This document shows positions 53,434 through 64,000 of a DNA stretch of 64,000 bases, in pieces. The notes beneath the pieces were generated by a model. The model did not search any database. It saw only the letters and a program-made list of their open reading frames with translations, and was not told the DNA's origin. The first letter of the stretch is position 1. Every line of letters starts with the position of its first letter. Made by a program: the position numbers and the translations under genes. Source of the stretch: Octopus vulgaris (taxonomy: Eukaryota). The stretch is taken from NCBI GenBank assembly GCA_951406725.2, contig OX597827.1, positions 66,774,001 through 66,838,000 on the forward strand. Reading direction: 5' to 3'.

Positions 53434-54239
53434 AAATTATTTGAAAATGTTTTGAAAACTTTTTGGTTAAAATTTTCAAAAATTTTTTTTAAATTTTTGG
53501 TGAAAATTTTATAAAAAAATATTTGGGGAAAATTTTTCAAAAATTTTTCAAAAATTTTTGGGGTTAAATTATCAAAAAATTTTCAAAAATTGGAATTACA
53601 GGCCGTCTCTTGCAATTTCCATCAATTGGATGTTGTCCTCCTTCTGGTATAGAAGGGTAGGGGTGCAGCGAAATTCATGTTTGGACTTTCTTCTATCGAT
53701 TACAATAGTCAAGCAGTAATAATAATAACAACACACCTTTTTAATTTATCCCCATTTATGTGAAACCACTTATTCAAGTTCAAGTCATTGATGCAATTTT
53801 ATACGAATTGCTAATACACACACACACATAATAAGGGTGAAATATTGAATATTATTTTGATTAATATGAATTGAAAACCAGTGGTGTAGCATATAAGAGC
53901 ATAGCGGATCTTCTAGCAAAATGGATGACTATTGTTAATGGTTCATCCCTGTTATATAATACTTTCACTTTAATAGTGAAAGTGTCTGCTTTACAAAAGA
54001 GAGATGTTTTTGTTTCACTTTTAACACGTAATACTGAAATAGTGGAGAAGATATGATATTGCTGTGGGGTCGCCCTAGGGAAAAAGTTAAGATTTTTTGC
54101 CGATGACACACCCGGACCTTAAGTAAGGCATGTGTAAAATTTGAATGAAATTGTTTCTGTAGTTCTCAAGTTTTAGGGAAACACACAGACAGACAGACAG
54201 ACATACAGGCACACATTCTCAGTTTTATATATAGAGAGA
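53434..54239 (-). mobile_element. Helitron-like 5' end and adjacent AT-rich (AAAATTTT) repeats
   Basis: Minus strand starts A|TCTCTCTATATATAAAACTGAGAATGTGTG..(CTGT)n..ATTTCATTCAAATTTTACACA, the same architecture as 23431 and 40053. The 3' end is not certain. Confidence 0.65.
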
Positions 54240-54924
54240 TATGCATCTGTGTGTGCGCGTGAGTTGTGTGTGTGTGAATAATCCGTGGGCTAAATGCGTA
54301 TACCGATTCCACTCAAAAGTTCCAATAATGTTCTACTCTGTCGAGAAACTTGGTCATTCTAAAAAAGCAATAAATCTCTATATACATAATTTCAGATGGG
54401 AAATTATCAAACGTGTAATATAATTAGTAATGTCCTCACACCCCATGTCTAGTCACTGAGAGACAAAATATCTCTGAACAAATAAAATTGTGAATCGATG
54501 TTCAGTGATGTCTATGTTCCACTCGTATCAATACCATCCACACCTGGTGCTTATATCTCAGACTCTTATAAACATTGTCTTTGAAGTGATAAGGTACATT
54601 GAGTGCTTACTTATATACATATGTGTGTTTGTGCGGTTTCGTGTGAGAAAGACACCTGAAATATTTCAAAAGCCAACGCAATGCAAATTGAAATATAGGG
54701 GTGAAAGTGTAGGTAATCTACATCGAACCAAACGTAAAATAAATTTGCAATTTACCTTTTTTTTTATTTTTACAAATTTAATTCACTCAATTTAGGAGAA
54801 ACTATCTCATGCGTGGGAAGGATTTGGGCAACTGCTTCTTGCATAGATTGACATTGTTGCAACAGAAAAACTGCAGCGAGCATCGCACATCTAAGGTTGC
54901 CTGATGACTTAATATCAATGATTA

Positions 54925-55470
54925 AAGGCGGAGAGCTGGCAGAAACGTTAGCACGCCGGGCGAGATGTTTAGCAGTATTTCGTCTGCCGTTACGTTCTGA
55001 GTTCAAATTCCGCCGAGGTCGACTCTGCCTTTCATCCTTTCGAGGTCGATTAAATAAGTACCAGTTACGCACTGGAGCCGATATAATCGACTTAATCCGT
55101 TTGTCTCTCTTTGTTTGTCCTATCTGTGTTTAGCTCCTTGTGACTAGCAAAGAAATAGGTATTTAGTCTGCCCCTACGTTCTGAGTTCAAATTCCGCCGA
55201 GATCGACTTTGCCTTTCATCCTTTTGGGGTCGATTAAATAAGTTCTTGCTTGTCCCTTCTGTGTTTAGCCCCTTTTGGGTAGTAAAGAAATAGATATTTC
55301 GTCCGTCTTTACGTTCCAAGTTCAAATGCTGCAGAGGCCGACGTTGCCTTTCATCCGTCCGGGATCGATAAAATAAGTAACAATTAAATATTGGTGTCGA
55401 TGTAATCGAAAAGTCCCGTCCCCCGAAATCGCTGGACATGTGCCTAAAAATTTGGGTCCTATAATTAGAA
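54925..55470 (+). mobile_element. SINE family B with three body units
   Basis: Head AAGGCGGAGAGCTGGCAGAAACGTTAGC followed by repeated TACGTTC..GTTCAAAT units. Confidence 0.9.
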
Positions 55471-55879
55471 GGCACAGTTGACAATCAAATTCCTTCACTC
55501 CTGGCATAAGAGTAACCATAGATGTTTTACTACTCCATGAAGTTTTCAATATGTGTCTCTCTGCACGCTATCCTTGATACTGTTATGTAGTTTTCGAATG
55601 GTACTTCTCATGTTGGAACCATTATATTCAGTGCAGACTATTGATTACATATTCCATCAAACATATTGTTGCAGTTGTAATTGGCCAGATTGCACAACTT
55701 GTTGTCAAATAATTGATCTCTAAACAGCATTTTTTTTTTCAAGGTGACGCCGAGGTGCACCATTTGAATGATCAGTCTCAGTTTCATATAAGGTTTTGAA
55801 TGAATTTGCATCTTATGCTATAAATGTAAGATATTAAGTGTTGAGCACGTTTGAGGCTAAACTATTCTAGAAATATGTA

Positions 55880-56098
55880 TACTCTTTACTCTTTTACTCT
55901 TTTACTTGTTTCACTCATTTGACTGCGGCCATGCTGGAGCACCACCTTTTAGTCGAGCAAATCGACCCCGGGACTTATTCTTTGTAAGCCCAGTACTTAT
56001 TCTATCGGTCCCTTTTGCCGAACCGCTAAGTGACGGGGATATAAACACACCAGCATCGGTTGTCAAGCAATGCTAGGGGGACAAACACAGACACACAA

Positions 56099-56147
<49 letters not shown>

Positions 56148-56314
56148 TACGACGAGCTTCTTTTCAGTTTCCGTCTACCAAATCCACTCACAAGGCATTG
56201 GTCGGCCCGGGGCTATAGCAGAAGACACTTGCCCAAGATGCCACGCAGTGGGACTGAACCCGGAACCATGTGGTTGGTTAGCAAGCTACTTACCACACAG
56301 CCACTCCTGCGCCT
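55880..56314 (-). mobile_element. SINE family A, full length
   Basis: Minus strand: AGGCGCAGGAGTGGCTGTGTGGTAAGTAGCTTGCTAACCAACCACATGGTTCCGGGTTCAGTCCC... with a (TAAAAGAG)n tail. This copy shows the empty insertion site. Confidence 0.92.
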
Positions 56315-57377
56315 ATTGTATACCACTATTTTAATGAGAAATCATTTATAGCTTTAATTTACGTAACTTATACAGACAACAATTTCTACAATCAAAGGCA
56401 TTAAGCTATACGCCTTAAGTTTACTACATAATTCATACGTCTTTTAAATCTGTTAAAGATGTGCGGAGAAGAGATAACATTTTTCACAGAGCTACAATTT
56501 GCAATAACTAATTGTCTAGGATATTTGATATATCGGGTCAACACCCCACGAACAGGAGAAAATGGTGAAGGGTAACAAGTTGATAGTTTTGCGCGGAACC
56601 ACGGGAAGAGGTAGGATCCTGATATGTGCAGAATGGTATTTCTATACTATGCACTTTAGCCCATATATTTCTTCTCTGTTATTGATCAATGATTTAATTT
56701 TATTAATGAGACGGGCCGCATTGATCCACAAATTGGAAGACGGACTTAATTTTAGCCGCCGATGCCACAAACTAATTCTTTCTAGACTCTTTTTATTACT
56801 CAGTGCTCTTTTCCTTCTCGTGCCTTAAAATAGAGATACGGATTATTGCCTAAAACTCGTGGGCTCGAAATTTTGGCTATAGTCCCCGTCTGTGATGTCA
56901 AAAATACTGTTTCATCTAATTCATCCACCATCTATAGTTTCTCTTCCGAAACACACTCTATCATTATTTACCACACTACTAGTTTAAACAAACTCTTGTG
57001 TGCGTTCAAGATCAGAGTATGTAAGCTGTCCTATTCAAATCTGAGGGTTACTTGCTTTAAAGTAATAACGTGTGATGTATTTCGCAATGATGATATTAAA
57101 ACAGCACAATAAATGTGAAATGATTGAGCCGTGAACTGGAAATGAACTGCTTTTGAAGTTGTGTGTACTCAAAAAAATGTTATTTTTTTTAATTACTCTA
57201 AAACCACTTGCAACTATTCAATAAATCACTTTGAAGAGTTCAGTTAGCTAACATTTCCTTTTATCATGACAAGTTGCTGAATTTACAAAACATGCAGTAG
57301 ACAGCAGTCGTGTTAAACAAAAACAGCTATTCGAATTATGATTCATTGTATCTATATTTATTTATAAAAAGCATGGG

Positions 57378-57427
<50 letters not shown>

Positions 57428-57925
57428 ATATTTCGGAATGGTCATATTGCCAGTTTAGTAAAATCTTGCACAACAAATATTTAAACGTATATATATATAT
57501 ATATATATATAACACTCCCAAATTTATATCTCGAAATGCTGCACTGAAGATGAGAAATAAGTAAGTGAATAAAATTTTACTTTAACCTCGAAACGCGCAT
57601 GTAACTAATCTGAGTCGTGTGGATTCGTTACTTATTCTTTTTGCCCACGTAAAAAAGTGTGTTACTCTCTGGGAGATCTTTATGCTAGCAGAAAAGGCAT
57701 TTTAACTCTTATTTCTAAATTCGGTGCGTGGCGAAGCAATTACCTGAACCCCACCAATTATAATTATGTTTATAATTATAGAATATTTGCATGTATGTTT
57801 GTATGTATGTATGTATATATCTATAAGTAAAATATTATGGACGCTCACAGTGTGATCATTGGTTTTGCACCTACAAATCGCTTAGCAGAATATGCGATTC
57901 GTCAGACACAGATGGCCGAAGGAGC

Positions 57926-58102
57926 ATAACCGCTCTACTGCTGGAGGAAGAAATATGTCACGGTCCGCTGCAGCTCCTTCAAATACCACCTCGGCCGAAG
58001 CCGATGTAAGGAGATAACCCCGTCACCCATGCAAATTTCTTGCATAGTTGAATGAAACAGTAACCGAGCGTCACATAATTTCTTCCAGCAGTAGAGCGTT
58101 AT
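57926..58102. mobile_element. MITE-like element with ~40-bp imperfect terminal inverted repeats
   Basis: ATAACCGCTCTACTGCTGGAGGAAGAAATATGTCACG versus the reverse complement of CGTCACATAATTTCTTCCAGCAGTAGAGCGTTAT. Confidence 0.6.
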
Positions 58103-58114
58103 GTAGACGTAATC

Positions 58115-58159
58115 TTAGGAATGAGAACCTCGGTTCTCATTCCTAAAGTTTTTTTTCGA

Positions 58160-58212
<53 letters not shown>

Positions 58213-58510
58213 TCACTGCTTGAAATCGAACTCGGTATCTTTGGGTAAGTAACCCGCACTCTTAACTAGTACGCCCATTGGCATATGGCGCAGTGGTTAA
58301 AAGCGCAGGCTACTAACCCCAACATTCCGAGTTCGATTCCATGCAGTGACTAGACTGATAATAATAACATTGAAAAATATCTTAGGAATGAGAACCCAGC
58401 TTCGAAATTTCCCCACGACACATGATGGAGGTTGGAGGGTATATCAGCCGAAACGTTGTGCTAACAACAAACAATATTAGGACAAATATCTGTCAAATGC
58501 AAATAATATA
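58115..58510. mobile_element. Head-to-head inverted pair of tRNA-derived SINE-like units with a Penelope-like tail
   Basis: Right unit from 58280: A-box TGGCGCAGTGG, B-box GAGTTCGATTCC, (TAA)n, TTAGGAATGAGAACC. The mirror copy lies at 58132-58276, with a 15-bp-stem hairpin at 58115-58146. Confidence 0.7.
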
Positions 58511-59469
58511 AATAATGAAAATTACGTAAATTTGAATTTTCCGCTCTTTCTCCAGAATACACCAATTAAAATGCCTCGCGACTGTACCCATGTATAAAAA
58601 ATTGGATGTTACTATTTTGTAAGAAATTTGCATTTATAAGTAAGACGTGATTTCGAACCATAATCTTTTAGTATAAAAGTAAATATATATTTGCCCCTAT
58701 CTGCCTCCGCTACATGTACCTGTCTGTTTGAAATTTAAATATACACTGAGTTTTCAAAATTGTTTTTGTATTATGCAAATTATAATTCATTGTTTTGTTA
58801 TCTATTTAGGCATATATTTCGAGCACCCCGTCAAGATATAGGATAAAAGAGTTCTAGATATATGTATACAGTAACAGGTATAGATATAATGGGCAGACAG
58901 CGTAAGTAGAAAAACGAGAAACGGATAAAGAAATGTCTGAATGTAGACGTGTGTATGGAGATATGCGCGTGAGAGAGAGAGATAGTGAAAGAGAGCTTAG
59001 AAAATGAGATGAGATCAATAAAACGATTAGATTCTTAGACTTAACAATAATGCTGAGAATACTAAATGATGCAAGGTGGTATATATCCTCGCGTATTAGA
59101 ACCAACCTCCACACAGAAATTCGAATGCACACACATTGTAATTTTCAGATATACACACATAAACAAAACACTATACATGCACATTGTCTAGATAAATGTG
59201 TATAATGCTTCATGAATACGATAATACGAAAGAAGAAAAAAATACGACAATTGTTTTGAATTTTCAGTCAAATCGTTTCACCGTGGTTCATTGGTATTTA
59301 GATTTATTTTTCCTATTCAAATTTGCGTCTTCACATTTACATATTTTGACAATGTACTTTTAGGCACAGAAAATACCCCCCCCGCTGTTTGCCGGACAAT
59401 TTTCAATGCCTATTCTCGTATAGATTAATACAAACAGACGCACATAACGTAATTTTTCCAGTATAGGAA

Positions 59470-59896
59470 AACGGCGAGTTGGCAGAAACGTTAGCACGCC
59501 AGGCGAAATACTTAGCGATATTTCGTTTGCCGTTACGTTCTGAGTTCAAATTCCGCCAAGGTCGACTTTGCCTTTCGTACTTACGGAGTCGATTAAATAA
59601 GAACCAGTGGTCGATATAATCGCACTGTGGTCGATATAATCGACTTAATCTGTTTGTCTGTCCTTGTTTGTCCACTCTGTGTTTAGCCCCTTGTGGGAAA
59701 TAAAGAAATAAGAAACGTTAGAACGCCGGCCGAAATGCTAAGCAGTAATTCATGTGAGTTCAAATTCCGCCGAGGTCGACTTTGCCTTTCATCCTTTCAG
59801 GGTCGATAAATTGAGTACCAGTTGCGTACTGGAGTTGATCTAATCGATTGGCCCCATCCACCAATTTCGGGCCTTGTGCCTAGATTAGAAAAGAAT
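59470..59896 (+). mobile_element. SINE family B with probable 12-bp TSD
   Basis: B head and two body units; TTTTCCAGTATA on both sides (about 59454 and 59898). Confidence 0.85.
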
Positions 59897-59986
59897 GTTT
59901 TCCAGTATAAGCATAATGCCTGAAATTTTAAGTGATATTACTCGTCGATTACATCGACTCCCACACCAAGCTTAATATTTACATCT

Positions 59987-60506
59987 TTATCCCGTTGTGG
60001 CACGGCGGGTTACATTAAGACACCTGCAAATATTTTAAATTATGCATCTTTTATTTAAATGATTTTATATCACATGACTCTAATTGCCAATAGTTTATGT
60101 ATGGACATACAAAATTTGTGCCCAAATTGTCCAGTCACATGAATGTTATAGCATAAAATATGATCATTCTGTGAAATTGGCCTTCTGTGAAATTAATTTC
60201 TTGTGTTCTTTGTTCAGATATTCTGATAAACTCAAAGTCAATTTTCTTCGTATTTGTTCTAGTATGAATCAATATACTTTTTTTTCTTTTATTCTTTTTT
60301 TAAAATTTTATATTTAGTACTATATGTATAGTTTATAAAACTATAAAAAAAGTACTATTTTTTTCTGCATATACAAGGTATATACAACGTATATACAAGG
60401 TTTCAAAAAAATATTAATTTGGATAGTGCAGAAATGTGCAAAAATAAAAGTGGGGCCCCAATGGCCGTTTGTGTAAATCCAAACCCACCGGGCCGTGAAG
60501 GGTTAA
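59987..60506. mobile_element. Possible TTAA-type (piggyBac-like) MITE nested in a SINE B fragment
   Basis: TTAT-CCCGTTGTGGCACGGCGGGTT ... AACCCACCGGGCCGTGAAGGG-TTAA (about 18/25 inverted match), with minus-strand SINE B remnants on both sides. Confidence 0.45.
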
Positions 60507-60937
60507 TGGCGCCCGAAAGGACGGAAGGAAAAGTCGACTTCGACGGTATTTGAGCTAACAGTTCACCGCAGTACCCTAGATAGCATATTGTTAAGTATTA
60601 ATTAACTTATTGTATCAGGTATTGCATGTAAATTAGTTCGTCTGGAAGATGTAGCAATTGAATTATATTCGTAAATCTGTGTGTAAACAAGGGATAGAAA
60701 ATTTTTGAACACAAACTGTTATCTGAAAGTATAATTGATCGAATTAGGATTGTGCAAAATGAAAATTAATCGAATTAAAGTAAGCATTAAAATAATATCT
60801 CTATTAAATGTTATATTTCTAAGTTTCTAAATTTTGTTAAGTGAAGAAATTTGTGTATTTATATGTATATGAAGCGTTTGGACTTATAGTGAAACGTAAT
60901 TTTTTCATAGTTGAATGGAACCATGAAAAGACCCCCC

Positions 60938-60968
<31 letters not shown>

Positions 60969-61176
60969 TCAGACACACACACAACACAACACAAAATTTA
61001 AAATTACGCAAAAACATATATACTCATATGCTCAATTGTACACACATCGTAGCACTCCGTCGGTTACGACGACAAAGGTTCCAGTTTATCTGATCAACGG
61101 AACAGCCTGCTCGTGAAATTAACGTGTAACTAGTCAAACATAATTTTTTCATAGTTGAATGGAACCATGAAGAGAG

Positions 61177-61209
<33 letters not shown>

Positions 61210-61252
61210 CGCGCTCTCTCTCCCTCACACACACACACAGCACAACACAAAA

Positions 61253-61402
61253 TGGTGAAAGAGTACAGCAGGGTTCGCCACCACCCCCTGCCGGAGCCTC
61301 GTGGATCCTTACATGTTTTCGTTCAAAAACACACTCATAACGCCCGGTCTGAGAATTGAAATCGCGATCCGCTGCCCTAACCACTGGGCTATTGCGCCTC
61401 CA
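61253..61402 (-). mobile_element. SINE family C, 5' half
   Basis: Minus strand TGGAGGCGCAATAGCCCAGTGGTTAGGGCAGCGG... Confidence 0.85.
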
Positions 61403-61916
61403 CTGTATACATATAACGTAGTGTCCAAAGAGTTAAAGTTTCACTCGTAAATTTTGCTTCCTTGATAATCATTTCGTACAGCATAGACAGTACCTTCATA
61501 TGAACTGTTTATTCAATGGACACACAAATTGTAACCTCCATAGGGATGTACATAAGTGGACATTGAAACAAATATAAAGCGTCTGCTGAATGTAAATATA
61601 AAAGTGACACACACTCACCCGCTTGCAATTTGACACTATAGTTTCCTATATTTTTCCAATTTAATACTAAAATATAGTAAATATATCACAATTGTACTTT
61701 AAATTACTTTTCCCTGTCTTAGTATATGTACTGTAATTTGACATCATTAGATTGTTTGTTGATTCGAGTAACCCTCAAATTCGTTCGATATTTTGAAGCA
61801 ATTTTCTTTGGTAATCGAGCAACAATTTTTGTAACAATCATGGCCAAACTATCTAATACATAAACATATATATGTGTGTGTGTGGTGCGTATACATACAT
61901 ACATACATACATACAA

Positions 61917-61964
<48 letters not shown>

Positions 61965-62375
61965 TATTAAAATAATGAGAATGGAGAAAAGATGTATGTA
62001 TAATTTATTTGTATGATATAAATATGTGAAACTTTTTTAATAAATAACAATAACATTAATGATAAATTGTAAAGCTCAAAAAATAATGGAAGATGCGAAA
62101 ACACCTACATATATGCTTCCGTTGCAGCCCCTTTTGCAGCAAGCAATCTATTTCCAATTACTTTTGAATGTATCAGCTCGACGATGAAATAAATTTAGTC
62201 ATTCCACGGTGATTGCTTATAAAATTTAAACTTACAAAATACTATTGTTATTATTTACAGGATAGTAAAAATCGACGCTGCTTACCAGAACCCATCGCAG
62301 AAAAGCACATGAAGTTTGTTTATAAAATCAACAATACTAATTTTAGTTCTTAAATCGAACGGGAAGCGGCGAAGA

Positions 62376-62448
62376 AGTATGTTAGTGTAAATGGTAGCAG
62401 ACTTGTCGCGAAAACAAAGTGTTGTGGGTTCGATTCCTACGCGTACGC
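62376..62448 (+). pseudogene. tRNA-like sequence, probably a pseudogene or repeat-derived
   Basis: Acceptor GTATGT/GCGTAC; D region TAGTGTAAATGGTAGCA; anticodon arm TTGT-CGCGAAA-ACAA (G instead of U33); T arm GTGGG-TTCGATT-CCTAC. Several mismatches. Confidence 0.55.
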
Positions 62449-62573
62449 TAGAAACTACTTTTTCCGTCGAGGGATTATATGCCTCATTATAAGACAATTT
62501 TCTTAAGTCATTGCACGGTGATTGCTTATAATGTTTACGCTTATAGCATACTGTTCATATTATTTACATGTAT

Positions 62574-62881
62574 AAGGCGGCGAGCTGGCAGAAACGTAAG
62601 CACGCCGGGCGAAATGCTTAGCAGTATTTCGTCTGCTGCTACGTTCTGAGTTCAAATTCCACCGAGGTCGCCTTTGCCTTTCATCCTTTCGGTGTCGATT
62701 AAATAAGTACCAGTTACGCACTGGGATCGATGTAATCGACTTAATCTGTTTGTCTTTCCTTGTTTGTGCCCTATGTTTAGCCCCTTGTGGGTAATAGAGA
62801 AATAGGTATTTGTCTTTCATCCTTTAGAAGTCGATTAAATAAGTACCAGTTACGCACTGGAATCGAGGTAATCGACTTAAT
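62574..62881 (+). mobile_element. SINE family B
   Basis: AAGGCGGCGAGCTGGCAGAAACG.. head plus a partial second unit. Confidence 0.9.
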
Positions 62882-62916
62882 CTCTTCTTCCAGGCTTTTT
62901 GCATCCAGTAGAATGG

Positions 62917-62971
<55 letters not shown>

Positions 62972-63160
62972 GAAATATTTTACAAAGGGAAAATAGAAAC
63001 TATAAATGGAAATGTAAGAGGCAACTAGGAAGAAAATTAAACGAAGATGCACATTGGAAATCAAAAAAGGTAAAGGTTTTTATGAAAACTAACGAAAGAT
63101 ATATACAATTAGATGAACTGAGGAAGGAATAAAAGTAATTATTGTGAATTGTCAAAGAGA

Positions 63161-63206
63161 TTCAAAAGCATACCGGTTTCGTGAATTTACTAATCATTGC
63201 TTTGAA
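63161..63206 (-). ncRNA. Degenerate minimal hammerhead motif in a (TA)n-flanked insert (62968-63236)
   Basis: Minus strand: TTCAAAGCA-ATGATTA-GTaaattcAC-GAAA-CCGG-TA-TGCTTTTGAA. Stems I and II and the palindromic stem III are present, but the core has 2 substitutions relative to CTGATGA. Confidence 0.45.
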
Positions 63207-63236
63207 CGCACACCGATTAATGAACGGTGTCAGGTC

Positions 63237-63266
<30 letters not shown>

Positions 63267-63267
<1 letters not shown>

Positions 63268-63542
63268 CACGGGACACGTGACCGACCAGACCATCAGATG
63301 CTGTTACACATCGCTGGTCACAATGCGTTCGCATTGTTTTAGCCTTCGAATGACGTCACACCGCTGGCTAAGCGAGCAGGGCCAACAGAAGAAAGAGTGG
63401 TGAAAGAGTACAGCAGGGATCACCACCCCCTGCCGGAGCCTCGTGGAGCTTTTTAGGTGTTTACGCTCAATAAACACACACAGCGCCCGTGATCCTGCGA
63501 CCGCGAGTCCGCTGCCCTAACCACTAGGCCATTGCGCCTCCA
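63267..63542 (-). mobile_element. SINE family C
   Basis: Minus strand TGGAGGCGCAATGGCCTAGTGGTTAGGGCAGCGGACTCGCGG; body shared with the other C copies. Confidence 0.9.
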
Positions 63543-63543
63543 C

Positions 63544-63613
<70 letters not shown>

Positions 63614-64000
63614 CTATGTATGTATGTATGTACCTACATAACTGATATGCATTACATACATAATGCGAACATACGCACGCCCACTCACGCACACATCAAA
63701 TAAGAATGCATCAAATTATTGTCATCGATTCTAATGAAGGAAATACATGAAGGAAGGAAGGAGAATGTATTTTTGAAGAAACACGCATTTCTTCATGCTG
63801 AACGTAAACGAGTTGCTCGAAGACATACTACCAGTGGAATGAATAGGGAACGTCTGGTTTCCAGAATCTGCGGATGTGTATGTCTATCAAGAGCTGGACT
63901 CATTCGTCACCAGTAGTGCCACAGTATAAAGCATAACTTTGTGTTACTATACAATGAGTTTATTGCTCATTGATGTTCCTCCTCGGTCACGTGTGGACTG

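Noticed and set aside
58280-58350. Functional tRNA gene
   Set aside because: A and B boxes are present, but the acceptor stem does not pair and the sequence continues into a repeat body, so it is treated as a SINE-like head.

Overview
AT-rich eukaryotic genomic DNA, very dense in microsatellites and dominated by repeats. The microsatellite load and SINE families suggest an octopod/cephalopod genome; this is an inference, not a database result. I find no credible host protein-coding exon, rRNA or CRISPR array, and almost all ORFs in the track are microsatellite or satellite read-through. Supported content: at least four tRNA-headed SINE families (labelled A, B, C, E here); decayed R4/Dong-type and RTE-type LINE pieces; a (TAA)n-tailed repeat (D); four non-autonomous Helitron-like elements; an internally deleted mariner; two MITE candidates; and a 4.1-kb satellite of 22-23-bp units with a 724-bp higher-order repeat and a fold-back inversion. 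The two most interesting signals are: (1) a retroelement family whose junctions fall at the same 15-bp site (AAGTAGCTTGCTTAC) in the head of SINE A three times and which shows only ORF1-like coding, a candidate SINE-targeting, possibly RT-less Tx1/HAL1-like system; (2) short inserts in (TA)n tracts carrying minimal hammerhead-ribozyme motifs, one as a 107-bp palindrome with a core-intact hammerhead. All alignments and folds were done by eye.
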